Below are positions 1 through 10,128 of a stretch of 32,000 nucleotides of DNA, in pieces (positions within the stretch are counted from its first letter, which is position 1; each line of letters opens with the position of its first letter). The stretch is from Candidatus Harpocratesius repetitus (lineage in GTDB: Archaea; Asgardarchaeota; Lokiarchaeia; Sigyniarchaeales; Promethearchaeaceae): contig JAIZWK010000001.1 in the NCBI GenBank assembly GCA_021498095.1, forward strand, positions 3,090,001 through 3,122,000, written 5' to 3'. The notes under the pieces are model-generated. The model saw only the letters and a list, made by a program, of their open reading frames with translations, was not told the DNA's origin and made no database searches. The position numbers and the translations under genes are program-made.

Positions 1-1197
1 AGTTTCATCTTCGATATTATCTTGAAAAGTTACAATAAGTATCTTTTTAAAATAACGGGTAACAGTTTTGAATGCATTTGAAAATTCAGTGATACCTGTA
101 CCTAATTCCAATCCAAATAATTTCAGAAAAGAATTAATTAAAGAATCAGGACAAAAAGTTGATGAAAAAACAATTTCAAACAAATTTGAGAAAAAAGCGA
201 ACATTCCCATATCAGATTCACGAAAACGATTAAAATGGAATTTAAAACTTTTCATATCTAATACAGCCGTTCGTAATCCTGTTCTTTCATAAACTTTTCT
301 CCCAATATCCAGAAGTGACAATTCTGGTTTTAGCACATCTTTAAAGATATGATTTGGAAGTGCGGCGATCTTCATACGATTGTGATCTACCATTAATTTT
401 ATACCAAATAAAATCTTTTGATGATTTTCTGAAACCAAAATCATGTTCATTAAAAGATCATCAAGTAGGGTTGTAACAATAATTAACCATTGTTGAACAT
501 CAACATTGTTCCAAGATTGAATCCATTTTTTCAAAGTTTTCAAATTAGATTTATTATGTATATTTTGAGAAATAATATAATATTGTAAATTAGCAGGATC
601 ATCATTAAATCCTTCTAAAATGTAACCTTTCCACCGTAGAATTTTAGAAATTGCCAAAAGAACGTTAGTGTTGAAGGAAGGAAGTTTTAATGATGCAATA
701 TCCTCTTTTAAAGTCCATGGTATTATTAAACTCCGTACATTCGAATATCCATATTTTGCTGAGAAGTATTCTTTTATTAATTGGTTGATTGGTTTCAGTT
801 GTTTGATCGAAGTTTGAAGTTTTTCGAAAAATTCGCTTTTTTCTTGAAATTCACTTATGAATTCTACTTCAAATTCTAAAAATGATTTTAATTCCCCCTT
901 TTCATCTTGATCAGTAAATTTATCAATATGAATTATAAATCCATCAAGAATATTCATAGACTTATCGATCAAAACAATAAGATTATCCTTAAATGGCTCT
1001 TTTTCATAGAAATAATGTAAAAGATTGTATACTTGGGTTAAATTCCATGAAATAGGTAATCCAGAATATAAAACCTTCGGAATAGTCACTTTTTCAAATG
1101 GATTTAAGGCAATTCGATTAAATATCTGAATAGAGAGCTCGACGGTTCTATGGAATTTCTGAATTTCATTCAAACTTAAACAATTTTCCTTTAACAT
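1..1197 (-). CDS. Hypothetical protein, C-terminally truncated by the window edge (at least 399 aa); absent from the ORF track
   Basis: Manual translation: ATG at 1197 (in-frame TAG a few codons upstream) stays open to base 1: MLKENCLSLNEIQKFHRTVELSIQIFNRIALNPFEKVTIPK...ILIVTFQDNIEDET. No recognisable motif. Confidence 0.8.
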   Translation of the reverse strand, partial: MLKENCLSLNEIQKFHRTVELSIQIFNRIALNPFEKVTIPKVLYSGLPISWNLTQVYNLLHYFYEKEPFKDNLIVLIDKSMNILDGFIIHIDKFTDQDEKGELKSFLEFEVEFISEFQEKSEFFEKLQTSIKQLKPINQLIKEYFSAKYGYSNVRSLIIPWTLKEDIASLKLPSFNTNVLLAISKILRWKGYILEGFNDDPANLQYYIISQNIHNKSNLKTLKKWIQSWNNVDVQQWLIIVTTLLDDLLMNMILVSENHQKILFGIKLMVDHNRMKIAALPNHIFKDVLKPELSLLDIGRKVYERTGLRTAVLDMKSFKFHFNRFRESDMGMFAFFSNLFEIVFSSTFCPDSLINSFLKLFGLELGTGITEFSNAFKTVTRYFKKILIVTFQDNIEDET

Positions 1198-1304
1198 TAA
1201 GTTTTGGTTATTTGAACTCTATAAAAAAACTTATTTTCATTTTCTTACTCAAATTATAGAAATGATGAGAAAAAATTTTTCTAAAAAAAGTTTTTAAAAA
1301 AGGA

Positions 1305-1326
1305 ATTTATCTAAAATTAGATAAAT
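1305..1326. promoter_or_regulatory. Near-perfect palindrome ATTTATCTAA-AA-TTAGATAAAT in a divergent intergenic region
   Basis: 10-bp arms with a 2-nt spacer, between divergent starts at 1197 and 1357. It could be chance in AT-rich DNA. Confidence 0.3.
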
Positions 1327-1356
1327 ACAAATTTTTGCAAACATTTTTGTAACTTA

Positions 1357-2598
1357 ATGAATTCCGGTGATATGAAAATAACAATTCCCTCTGAAATTGA
1401 AGAACAACTTATAAAAGACTATAATATTCTATTAAAAAATCCCAAACCGGAAGAGGAAGAACGCATTCATAACGAATTGTTACAAATATTTCAAAAATTA
1501 TCAGTAAATTTGCCTCAAGATTCTGAAATTTGTGTTAAAAGCGAAGTCATTCTCGAATTAATTCGTTCATGGGATCCATTAGATTATTGGTTTGTCGAAC
1601 TCCCAGAATTACCAATAAAATTGAGGAATTTCCTGATTTCTTTTACTAAATTTCAGGCACCAGATAATATAAAGAAATTACTTTCAACTGAAGCAAAAAA
1701 ATTAACTAATCTTATTGGTCAAAAACCAGAAAAGAAAGAAACAAACAAAGAAGAGGAAATAATCGAATTAGAAAGCAATTTAGATAAAATTGAAAGTATA
1801 AAAGGGAATATGTCTGTTAGTTTTGAAGAATCAAATAGAATTAATAAACGAATAGAAATTCTTCAAGAAAAAATGAAAAAATTGCAATTGAATGCTGTAA
1901 AAAAGCTAAAAACACCTACTATTACAGTACAAAACTTAAACGGAAACAAAAAACAACAAATTAAATCGAAGAATGAGCGGTTAAAACCACCTGTTCTTAA
2001 ATTATCTCCTATTATTTCATCTAAATCAGAAAAATCCAAAAGAAAAATCACAGAACCTAAAATTGCTTCTAAAGAAATTAAAATAAAAGTAGAACACCAA
2101 AAACAAAATGAAATTCAAAAACTAATAACAAATCAAGAACCAATAACAAATCAAGAACTAAATCTAAATCAAAAAGCGGATACATTACCAGAAAATCAAA
2201 TTCAGACATATAATAGAGCAGAAATAGAGCAGATTTTAGCATTAGAAGAGAATAACCCAACTGGTTCGTCCATATTAACTCAAATTTTTGTAAGAAAGAT
2301 TGATTCTCTTCCTCATCCAGATATAATCATTAAAGATGAGTTTGAACCAAAAATACCAGCAATTTTAGACAAAAAGGCCAATAATGAACAAGATCCAGAA
2401 ATATTATATCAAGAATTAATTCGGTTTAGAGCAAAAGTCTTTTATCTTCAATTAAAGCAGCAAAAAATTATCGAAAATGTTCAATCAGGAAATATATCTG
2501 AAGCACGATCTCAACTATATATAAAACAAAATAAAAAAGAATTAGCAGAATTAGAAACAAAAATAGAAAAAATTGAAAATTCTCTTTTTTCACCTTAA
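1357..2598 (+). CDS. Lys/Glu-rich coiled-coil hypothetical protein
   Basis: 413-aa ORF with helical N-terminus, low-complexity K/Q/N-rich middle and C-terminal helical hairpin (LYQELIRFRAKVFYL...ELAELETKIEKIENSL). No catalytic motif. Confidence 0.75.
   Translation: MNSGDMKITIPSEIEEQLIKDYNILLKNPKPEEEERIHNELLQIFQKLSVNLPQDSEICVKSEVILELIRSWDPLDYWFVELPELPIKLRNFLISFTKFQAPDNIKKLLSTEAKKLTNLIGQKPEKKETNKEEEIIELESNLDKIESIKGNMSVSFEESNRINKRIEILQEKMKKLQLNAVKKLKTPTITVQNLNGNKKQQIKSKNERLKPPVLKLSPIISSKSEKSKRKITEPKIASKEIKIKVEHQKQNEIQKLITNQEPITNQELNLNQKADTLPENQIQTYNRAEIEQILALEENNPTGSSILTQIFVRKIDSLPHPDIIIKDEFEPKIPAILDKKANNEQDPEILYQELIRFRAKVFYLQLKQQKIIENVQSGNISEARSQLYIKQNKKELAELETKIEKIENSLFSP
2124..2159 (+). repeat. 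18-bp in-frame tandem duplication (ITNQEP-ITNQEL)
   Basis: aataacaaatcaagaacc followed by aataacaaatcaagaact. Confidence 0.7.
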
Positions 2599-2682
2599 AT
2601 TTTTACTGGTATAGTACAATTTATCTTCCAAAAGATTTTTTTTAATTATTATATTATTAATTTGATAGAGGAAGGAATCACT

Positions 2683-3087
2683 ATGTCAAAAACTGAATTT
2701 ATCACCGCATTAGAACAAGCATTTGCCGAGGGCATTCCCTTTATTGATTATACTGAATTTTATACCTATGCTTTGATTCCTAAAGGTGGGCAATATCTTG
2801 AAATTTCATACGATTTTGAAGACCATGAAATTATGGAAAATCGAACTTTAGATCCTATTAAAGCATATAATAATTTTTGTGAAGAAGTTGAAAAGGCTTT
2901 AGCTGAAGAACTCGAACTCTTTTATCTGAATAAATGGCGTGATTTTAAAGCAAGTCTTTCAGGTGATGAAGCAGAAAAACTACCAAAGCTAATCGAAGAA
3001 TTAGTTAAAAATTCTGATACATATGGAAAAGATATTCCTATTATTAAATCACCGGATCAACTCGCTGTTTTAAAGGAAAAGTTATAA
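2683..3087 (+). CDS. Acidic hypothetical protein (134 aa)
   Basis: The ORF track starts at TTG 2662. ATG 2683 (MSKTEF) follows the purine-rich GAGGAAGGA and is the more likely start. Confidence 0.75.
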   Translation: MSKTEFITALEQAFAEGIPFIDYTEFYTYALIPKGGQYLEISYDFEDHEIMENRTLDPIKAYNNFCEEVEKALAEELELFYLNKWRDFKASLSGDEAEKLPKLIEELVKNSDTYGKDIPIIKSPDQLAVLKEKL

Positions 3088-3204
3088 ATAATTACTCTTT
3101 TTTAAATATCTCTATATATTCATCTATAATCTTTACTAAATATATGCAGTGATTCCTATCAAATTTGATTTCATCACTATACATTGCTAAAAAAGTTGAT
3201 AAAT

Positions 3205-3687
3205 ATGGCAGAACCGGAACCAATTGGAAAAATAATGCGCAAAATCAAATCGAAATGGGAAAAAGATCCAGAAGGATGGTCAGTAATTGGAAATATTGAT
3301 AAAGATGGTAATCGTGAAATGTTTATAAATCAAGCACCAAATAGCTATTGGTTAAAAATGCGTACAATAACAGCTCATTCTCATATGGCATTTGGAAAGG
3401 AATTGCACAATATAGATGAAGAAATCAATGAGAAAATTTATGGAACTAAAAAACAACCAAAATTAATAAAAAGTAAGCAAGATCTCATTCAACTTTTTGG
3501 ATTAATGACACCATCAGAAAAAGATATTCTTTATACAACCGGTGTTGAAAGATTTTCTCCACAACTTGCTCAAAATCAAAAAGAAAAAATCGAAGAAAAA
3601 GAAAATGAAGCAGACAAATTATATCGATTATATCTTCGAAAAAAATGGGAACGTGAACAAGAATTAAGGGAAAATATGTATCTTTAA
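3205..3687 (+). CDS. Hypothetical protein, probably of a conserved archaeal family
   Basis: ATG 3205 (MAEPEPIGKIMRKIKSKWEKDPEGW) preferred to TTG 3184. The DPxGW...FGL pattern resembles uncharacterised euryarchaeal proteins (recollection, unverified). Confidence 0.7.
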   Translation: MAEPEPIGKIMRKIKSKWEKDPEGWSVIGNIDKDGNREMFINQAPNSYWLKMRTITAHSHMAFGKELHNIDEEINEKIYGTKKQPKLIKSKQDLIQLFGLMTPSEKDILYTTGVERFSPQLAQNQKEKIEEKENEADKLYRLYLRKKWEREQELRENMYL

Positions 3688-3702
3688 TCAATTAAAAATA
3701 TA

Positions 3703-5190
3703 CTAAATTCGACCATCAGTCAAAAATTGCTTAGTTTTTTCGTGATTAAACCAATATTTCCCATTTAGACAAGCTAAACAGAGATCTTTTTCAGGTAAAT
3801 TAATCGCTTTAATTAAACCTTTAATGGAAAGATACTGCAAAGAATCCGCTCCAATTTCTTTTCGAATCAACTCGATTGCTTCTTCATAATTGTGTGACAA
3901 TAGAATTTTCCGCCCAAAAATAAGTTCTTGGCGGCTAGGAAAATCAACCCCATAAAAACATGGATCAGCAATTGGAGGACTTGAAGATCGGACATGAACC
4001 TTTATTGCACCTGCCTCTCGAAGAAGACGGACAATTCGAGTCATTGTGGTTCCTCTTACGATAGAATCATCGAATAAAATCACTTCCTTATCCTTTATAA
4101 TTGTAGCAACAGCATTTAACTTCATACGGACTAAATTCATTCGTTCAGCTTGACTGGGTGCAATAAAACTTCGAAAAACATATCGATTCTTCATTAATCC
4201 CTCATCATATGGAATATCAGATTCAGAAGCATATCCTAAGGCGGCAGATCTCCCAGAATCAGGCACGGGAACAACAATAGCATTTGAAAACTTGCTTTTT
4301 TCTTCACGAGCTAGAATTCTTCCTAATTGTTCACGAGTTCGATGAACTGATCTTTTGTCAATAATTGAGTCTCCACGTGCAAAATAGACATATTCAAAAA
4401 TACAATGATGAGGTTGAACAGGAATCAGAATTTCTTGATGAAAAAAGTGATCTTGATGAACATGTACTATTTCACCCGGTTCAACATCCCTGATTAAAGT
4501 ACCTCCAAGAGAAGTAATTGCACAAGATTCAGAAGCTACAATATATAATTCTGTATTCATAGATTTTACAATTCCAATGCAAAGCGGCTTATTTCCACTT
4601 CTATAAATGTAAATATCACCCTCATTAGTTAAAAGAATTAATGAAAATGCACCATCTAATAAACGAGTTGTAAATGTCAGATTCTCAACCCAATTTTCAG
4701 TAACCAAATGATTTGAAGCGAGTAAATTAGCGATAACCTCAGTATCACCATTAGTTAGGAAAATTCGTCCTTTTGATTTAAGTTGTTCTTTCAAAATTGG
4801 ATAATTAGTGATATTTCCGTTAAATGCAATAGAAAAGGGAGGAGCTTGTGTCGTCTCATAATGGAAAGGTTGAGCATTGAGAATATCCCCACTACCAGCA
4901 GTTCCATATCGTACATGTCCAATACCAACATTTCCCCAGAGTTTTGATAATACTTCTTGAGTTAAAGCTTCAAAGACTAAACCTTCCTGCTTATACGTGT
5001 GAATGGTTTTATTGGCATCAACAATGCTTATCCCAGCAGCTTCTTGCCCCCGATGCTGAAGAGCCATTAAACCTTGAAAGATTGTTTGCGATACATGAAC
5101 GGATGGATCTTTTGCTACAACTCCAATAATTCCACATTCTTCATGGGGAACATCATCACTAGCTCTTTTTAATAAAAATTCACTTTTCAT
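3703..5190 (-). CDS. purF: Amidophosphoribosyltransferase, [4Fe-4S] and propeptide (Bacillus-like) type
   Basis: 18-aa propeptide then EE-C-G nucleophile, QHRGQEAAG, GHVRY, NAQP, FNGNITN, PRPP-binding VILFDDSIVRGTT, and cluster Cys in CIFEY, PCFYG and CLAC. Confidence 0.97.
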   Translation of the reverse strand: MKSEFLLKRASDDVPHEECGIIGVVAKDPSVHVSQTIFQGLMALQHRGQEAAGISIVDANKTIHTYKQEGLVFEALTQEVLSKLWGNVGIGHVRYGTAGSGDILNAQPFHYETTQAPPFSIAFNGNITNYPILKEQLKSKGRIFLTNGDTEVIANLLASNHLVTENWVENLTFTTRLLDGAFSLILLTNEGDIYIYRSGNKPLCIGIVKSMNTELYIVASESCAITSLGGTLIRDVEPGEIVHVHQDHFFHQEILIPVQPHHCIFEYVYFARGDSIIDKRSVHRTREQLGRILAREEKSKFSNAIVVPVPDSGRSAALGYASESDIPYDEGLMKNRYVFRSFIAPSQAERMNLVRMKLNAVATIIKDKEVILFDDSIVRGTTMTRIVRLLREAGAIKVHVRSSSPPIADPCFYGVDFPSRQELIFGRKILLSHNYEEAIELIRKEIGADSLQYLSIKGLIKAINLPEKDLCLACLNGKYWFNHEKTKQFLTDGRI

Positions 5191-5214
5191 TTTGATTACC
5201 TACTTATTTATCAG

Positions 5215-5982
5215 TTATAAATGATTTTGTGCATATTTCACAGCATTTTGAAAAATCTTCAATCCATTTTCTTCTGGTGCATTTCCACGAGTCCATTGAG
5301 GATGATTAAACTTAGTTAAATGACACTCTGGATGAGGCATCATTCCAAAAACTTGTCCTGTTTCATCACAAATTCCAGCGATTCCATCCGTAGATCCATT
5401 TGGATTATTAGGATATTCATTTGGATCATAGACAAAAGGAATCATACCTTTTTCCCATAATTGATCGATAATTGATTTGGATTTTGCCACAAAGCGTCCC
5501 TCTCCATGTCGAACAGGAATTTCTAATATTGGAGCATAATCTCTGGTCCATATACATCGAGACTTTAAGGTCTTAAGTTTAACCCAACGATCTTCAAAGA
5601 ATCCCGATTTATTTCCAATGAGTGAGACTGTCTGTTTGAATAATTCGCCTTGAAATCCAGGTAAGATTCCCATTTTCACCAAAACTTGAAATCCATTACA
5701 AACTCCAAAAATTAATTTACCATCTTCTATAAATTGGTTAAGGTCTTTGCGTAGAGTATATTTAAATTTGTTAGCTAAAACAGTTCCTGCACCTAAATAA
5801 TCTCCAAAACTAAATCCTCCAGGAAACATCAATATTTGATAATTTTCTAATGAATCGCGTTTGTGAATAAAATCATTAACATGAACCCTTTGAACAATAT
5901 CTGCACCAGCCAATTCAAAGGCATATTGAGATTCATAATCTGAATTTATACCAAATCCTATCATTATACATACATTTACCAT
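5215..5982 (-). CDS. purQ: FGAM synthase glutaminase subunit
   Basis: PGGFSFGDYL, GVCNGFQ (catalytic Cys), HGEGRF, MMPHPE (His/Glu). Likely start ATG 5982, 1 nt after the purL stop, with GGAGGGG upstream. Confidence 0.95.
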   Translation of the reverse strand: MVNVCIMIGFGINSDYESQYAFELAGADIVQRVHVNDFIHKRDSLENYQILMFPGGFSFGDYLGAGTVLANKFKYTLRKDLNQFIEDGKLIFGVCNGFQVLVKMGILPGFQGELFKQTVSLIGNKSGFFEDRWVKLKTLKSRCIWTRDYAPILEIPVRHGEGRFVAKSKSIIDQLWEKGMIPFVYDPNEYPNNPNGSTDGIAGICDETGQVFGMMPHPECHLTKFNHPQWTRGNAPEENGLKIFQNAVKYAQNHL

Positions 5983-5983
5983 T

Positions 5984-8932
5984 TTATTCCCCTCCTTCAA
6001 CAAGAACAGATAAAGTGGATTGCCAAGCTTTTTTCAGTTCTTCAATGGGTTCATTGAGAATAATCTTCTCATCTTTTGAATTCGAATATACTATGAATTT
6101 GCGCCCAATTACTTTACCTATGCAAGCAGTGATAGTATCTTTCATAATATTTTCAAATTTTTCTAGATCTTTTGGGTTAATTGTTACAATTATACGACTA
6201 GGTGATTCTGAAAATAGAAGGACATCATCACGTAAAATTCCTTCAGTTGGAACAGCATTCAAATGAATTTCTATCCCATAATCACCAGCAAATGCAGATT
6301 CAGCCAATGCAACACCTAATCCTCCATCAGAACAATCATGGGAAGAACAAATTATTCCTTCATTTATTGCTGTGAAAAGTTTTCGATATCGTATAATTGC
6401 AGCAGAAGGATTCACTCTCGGTATTGAATTAAACCCTGATAATTTTAGCTCATCTATATATTCAGATGCTCCCAATTCCTGTTTTGTTATTCCAAGAATA
6501 TAAATCAAATCACCTTCATGTTTAACATCTAAAGAAATACTTTTACGAATATCAGGAATTTTTCCAATTACAGAGAATAATAAAGTAGGAGGAACACTTA
6601 CTTTTGTATCTTCAATTCTATAATCATTTTTCATTGAATCTTTACCTGAAATGCAAGGAACTTTAAATGAAGTTGTAATATCATATAACGCTTTATTTGC
6701 TCGTACCAACATTCCAGTGTATTTTTCTTCATCTTCTTGGGAAAATCCCATTGCCCAGCAGAAATTATCAAGTCCTGCTAAATAATTTGGATTGGCACCT
6801 ACGCATACTGCATTACGAACAGCTTCATCAATCGCATTTGCAACCATCCAATATGTATCAATATCAGAATATCGGGGACAAATCCCATGTGAAATGACCA
6901 ATCCTTCCCAAGAATTAAGAATAGGACGTATTACGGCAGCATCACTAGGCCCATCATTGTGTTTTCCCATAAAAGGCTTTATAATACTACCTCCTTGAAC
7001 TTCATGATCATATCGACGAACAATAGCTTCTTCTTTTGAACAGATATTCAAACGTCCTAACATTCGTTTTAGCATTGATGCCATAGATTTAGGCGCGGGA
7101 AATTCCGGATCTAATCCTTTTAGAGAATTCCACTTTCCAATCATTTTCTTTTGAGGGGTTCCTTCATGTAAAAAATCCATCGAGATATTTCCAACAATTT
7201 CGTTTTGATAATATAATTGGAAATGTTTAGAATTATTAAATTCGCCTACAATCGTGGATTCTACCTCAAATTTTTCAGATAATTCCATAAATTGCTCAAT
7301 TTTTTCTGGTGGGACTGCTACAGTCATGCGTTCTTGCGCTTCGCTTACTAAAATTTCCCAAGGCATAAGTCCAGGATATTTCAACGGAGGTTTTTCTAAA
7401 TCCAACCTTGCCCCAATTTCTTGCCCCATCTCTCCAACACTTGAAGATAAACCGCCTGCACCATTATCTGTTATTGCATTAAATAAATCTAAGTCTCGAG
7501 CTTTTAGAAGAAAATCCAGCATATTTTTTTGAACGATTGGAGCACCAATTTGAACAGCAGTTGCAGGAGAATTCTCGTTGATTTCCAAAGACGAGAAAGT
7601 AGCACCATGAATTCCATCAGCCCCAATTTTTCCTCCGCACATCACAACAAAGTCCCCCGGTTTCGGACTTTTTTCATGAGTAAACTTATCGTTAATTTTT
7701 GCAGGAGCAATCCCTCCAGTTCCAACGAAGACTAATGGTTTTCCTAAATATCTGGAATCAAAATAAAGACTTCCATTTACTGTTGGAATTCCTGATTGAT
7801 TTCCACCATCAATAACTCCTTTATGAACACCTTTGAGAACACGCCGGGGATGGAAAAGACGAGGGGGAATTTTACCGTTATAAAATGGACTGGCAAAACA
7901 AAACACATCGGTATTAAATATTAATTTAAATCCTTTACCTGTCCCTGCAGGATCTCGATTACATCCCACAATGCCAGTTAACGCGCCTCCATATGGATCT
8001 AGTGCAGTTGGTGAATTATGTGTCTCCACCTTCATTGCAACTGTAAAATCATCATTAAATTTAATAACACCAGCATTATCTTTGAAGACAGAAACTAAAT
8101 AAGGAGAATTAATTTGCTCTGTTGCTGCTCTAATATATGTTTTAAATAACGAATCAATAGTTTCTTTTTTTTCTCCTTCTTCATAATATTCGATTTTTGC
8201 ATTAAAGATTTTATGTTTACAGTGTTCTGACCATGTTTGTGCTAAACATTCTAATTCAACATCAGTCGGATTAGGAGGTAATCCCAATTTCAACCTTTCT
8301 TCTTTTTCTTGATGAAAATGATCCCGTATCGCTTTCATTTCTTCTAAATTTAGAGCTAAAACATTTTCTTGACTAATTTGGAGTAATTCCTCATCCGAAA
8401 CATCTAAATTGATTTCTTTTACCTCAGGTTTCTGATTCAATATTACTTTTGGAACTGTAGGGTTGAATTCGTCAATCATTTTACCGGATTTAATTTCCCA
8501 GCGTTGAATTAAATTATTAGCAAGTAAGTTCTTTGCAATATTTTCTGCAGTGGCAGTATCACAATTGTGAAGGAGAAATTGCTCGGACGTATATACCCCA
8601 TCAACATCAACATTGATGGCATCACTTATGGCTTGAACTGCAGTCATACCAACATTATCTGTTACCCCTGGTTTAAAACCAATTTCTAATATTGTTCCAT
8701 CAAAGTTCCTGGCTAATGGGGAATCTATTGCAAACTGTTCTGTAATTGGATCTGAGAAAACTTCTTTTCCTAATTTTGAAAGTTGATCAAAGGTTAAATT
8801 TCCACCTTCAATGGTGTATACTTTAATTTTTTCTACTTTAGAAACGGTTGTAATGTCGAGATCATGCTTGATGGCAGCATGAACGTTGGAATCTACTGAA
8901 ATCCCAACCTCGATACGGTGTACATTTTCCAT
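5984..8932 (-). CDS. purL: FGAM synthase synthetase subunit with two N-terminal PurS-like domains fused
   Basis: QTWSEHCKHK, KVETHNSP, DGIHGA, DNGAGG, SEAQERM, SGKDSM, HDCSDGG. The first ~147 aa contain the PurS-like GFKPGVTDNVG...LLANNLIQRWEI. No glutaminase domain. Confidence 0.96.
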   Translation of the reverse strand: MENVHRIEVGISVDSNVHAAIKHDLDITTVSKVEKIKVYTIEGGNLTFDQLSKLGKEVFSDPITEQFAIDSPLARNFDGTILEIGFKPGVTDNVGMTAVQAISDAINVDVDGVYTSEQFLLHNCDTATAENIAKNLLANNLIQRWEIKSGKMIDEFNPTVPKVILNQKPEVKEINLDVSDEELLQISQENVLALNLEEMKAIRDHFHQEKEERLKLGLPPNPTDVELECLAQTWSEHCKHKIFNAKIEYYEEGEKKETIDSLFKTYIRAATEQINSPYLVSVFKDNAGVIKFNDDFTVAMKVETHNSPTALDPYGGALTGIVGCNRDPAGTGKGFKLIFNTDVFCFASPFYNGKIPPRLFHPRRVLKGVHKGVIDGGNQSGIPTVNGSLYFDSRYLGKPLVFVGTGGIAPAKINDKFTHEKSPKPGDFVVMCGGKIGADGIHGATFSSLEINENSPATAVQIGAPIVQKNMLDFLLKARDLDLFNAITDNGAGGLSSSVGEMGQEIGARLDLEKPPLKYPGLMPWEILVSEAQERMTVAVPPEKIEQFMELSEKFEVESTIVGEFNNSKHFQLYYQNEIVGNISMDFLHEGTPQKKMIGKWNSLKGLDPEFPAPKSMASMLKRMLGRLNICSKEEAIVRRYDHEVQGGSIIKPFMGKHNDGPSDAAVIRPILNSWEGLVISHGICPRYSDIDTYWMVANAIDEAVRNAVCVGANPNYLAGLDNFCWAMGFSQEDEEKYTGMLVRANKALYDITTSFKVPCISGKDSMKNDYRIEDTKVSVPPTLLFSVIGKIPDIRKSISLDVKHEGDLIYILGITKQELGASEYIDELKLSGFNSIPRVNPSAAIIRYRKLFTAINEGIICSSHDCSDGGLGVALAESAFAGDYGIEIHLNAVPTEGILRDDVLLFSESPSRIIVTINPKDLEKFENIMKDTITACIGKVIGRKFIVYSNSKDEKIILNEPIEELKKAWQSTLSVLVEGGE
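5989..5995 (-). promoter_or_regulatory. Shine-Dalgarno-like site for purQ, within the purL 3' end
   Basis: GGAGGGG 6 nt before ATG 5982. Confidence 0.55.
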
Positions 8933-9082
8933 TCTATTAAATCTCCAATTTCTTTAGAAAAATATTCACTTGGATATATTTACACCAATGTATTTACGCT
9001 TTAAAATAGCACGCTGAAAAATTTAATGGGTAGTTAATATTATTTGTACCTTAGAACTGATTTTTAAAAAAGATGAGGATTT

Positions 9083-9144
9083 AAAAAAAAAAATGAGTAA
9101 GTAAAACACAAAAAATCATTAGTAAAATCCAAAAAAAAGGAAAA
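9083..9144 (-). terminator. Oligo-T archaeal-type terminator downstream of purC
   Basis: T8 and T11 runs on the minus strand just after the purC stop. Confidence 0.4.
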
Positions 9145-9156
9145 TTTTATGAAAAT

Positions 9157-10113
9157 CTATATCTTAAGATTCTTTTTTATGCGTTCAATTACATTTCCTT
9201 CAACTACAGGAACAAAATCTTGCCCAGTAATCATTTCAAATGATTGAACGTATCGATTTACGAATTCAACTTTAATATCATCTGGTATCTCCGGAATAGG
9301 TCCATCTCCCATAAAATTTTTCTCTTTTATCAACCATTGTCGGAAAAATTCTTTATCTAAAATCTCTGGTTTTTCTCCTTTCTCAAATCGTTCTTGATAA
9401 CTATCTTTAATCCAAAATCGTGAAGCATCAGGGGTAAAAATCTCATCAATAACAACAATTTCACCATCATGAGTTTTTCCAAATTCAAATTTACAATCTA
9501 CTAAGATGAGATTATTTTGTGCACAATAATCGGATGCAAATTTAAACAAATCCATTGTTTTCTTTTCAATATCAGTATATACATCTTCTTCAACTAAACC
9601 TTTAGCAATAATTTCTTCTCTTGAAATAGGCAAATCATGTTCTCCTACCTCAGCTTTAGTTGTTGGAGTAATTACTGGTTCAGGAAGTTTTTGGTAATTC
9701 TTTAAGCCAGCAGGAAAAGTAATTCCAGAAACAGATTCTCCTTTTTGATATGCGCGCCATGCACTTCCAGTAATGTAAGCCCGAACAATCATTTCAACTG
9801 GTAAACTCTGACATTCATGCACGCGTACGACATTTGGATCTGGAATATCGATTATATGGTTTGGAGCAATATGTTTAGTTTTTTCAAACCAAAATGTAGA
9901 CATTTGATTTAACAGTTGACCTTTAAATGGAATTGTTGTAATAACTTTGTCAAAAGCACTGAGACGATCTGTAGAAATAATAATTCGTTGATGATTTTCT
10001 TCATCAATAAAATTCTCACGTACTTTTCCTCGATAGTGTTTCCCTAATTGAGGTAATTTTATCTCATGCACTGTATTGTGCAGTTGATCTCGTATAAGCG
10101 ATTCATCTAGCAT
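9157..10113 (-). CDS. purC: SAICAR synthetase (long ~320-aa type)
   Basis: GKVRE, STDRLSAFD, KGQLLN, EMIVRAYITGS, ITPTTK, LVDCKFEFG, DEIFTPDASRFW. Confidence 0.95.
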   Translation of the reverse strand: MLDESLIRDQLHNTVHEIKLPQLGKHYRGKVRENFIDEENHQRIIISTDRLSAFDKVITTIPFKGQLLNQMSTFWFEKTKHIAPNHIIDIPDPNVVRVHECQSLPVEMIVRAYITGSAWRAYQKGESVSGITFPAGLKNYQKLPEPVITPTTKAEVGEHDLPISREEIIAKGLVEEDVYTDIEKKTMDLFKFASDYCAQNNLILVDCKFEFGKTHDGEIVVIDEIFTPDASRFWIKDSYQERFEKGEKPEILDKEFFRQWLIKEKNFMGDGPIPEIPDDIKVEFVNRYVQSFEMITGQDFVPVVEGNVIERIKKNLKI

Positions 10114-10128
10114 ATATTAGCTCATGGT

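Noticed and set aside
68-292. 74-aa plus-strand ORF
   Set aside because: Antisense to the long open minus-strand CDS 1-1197.
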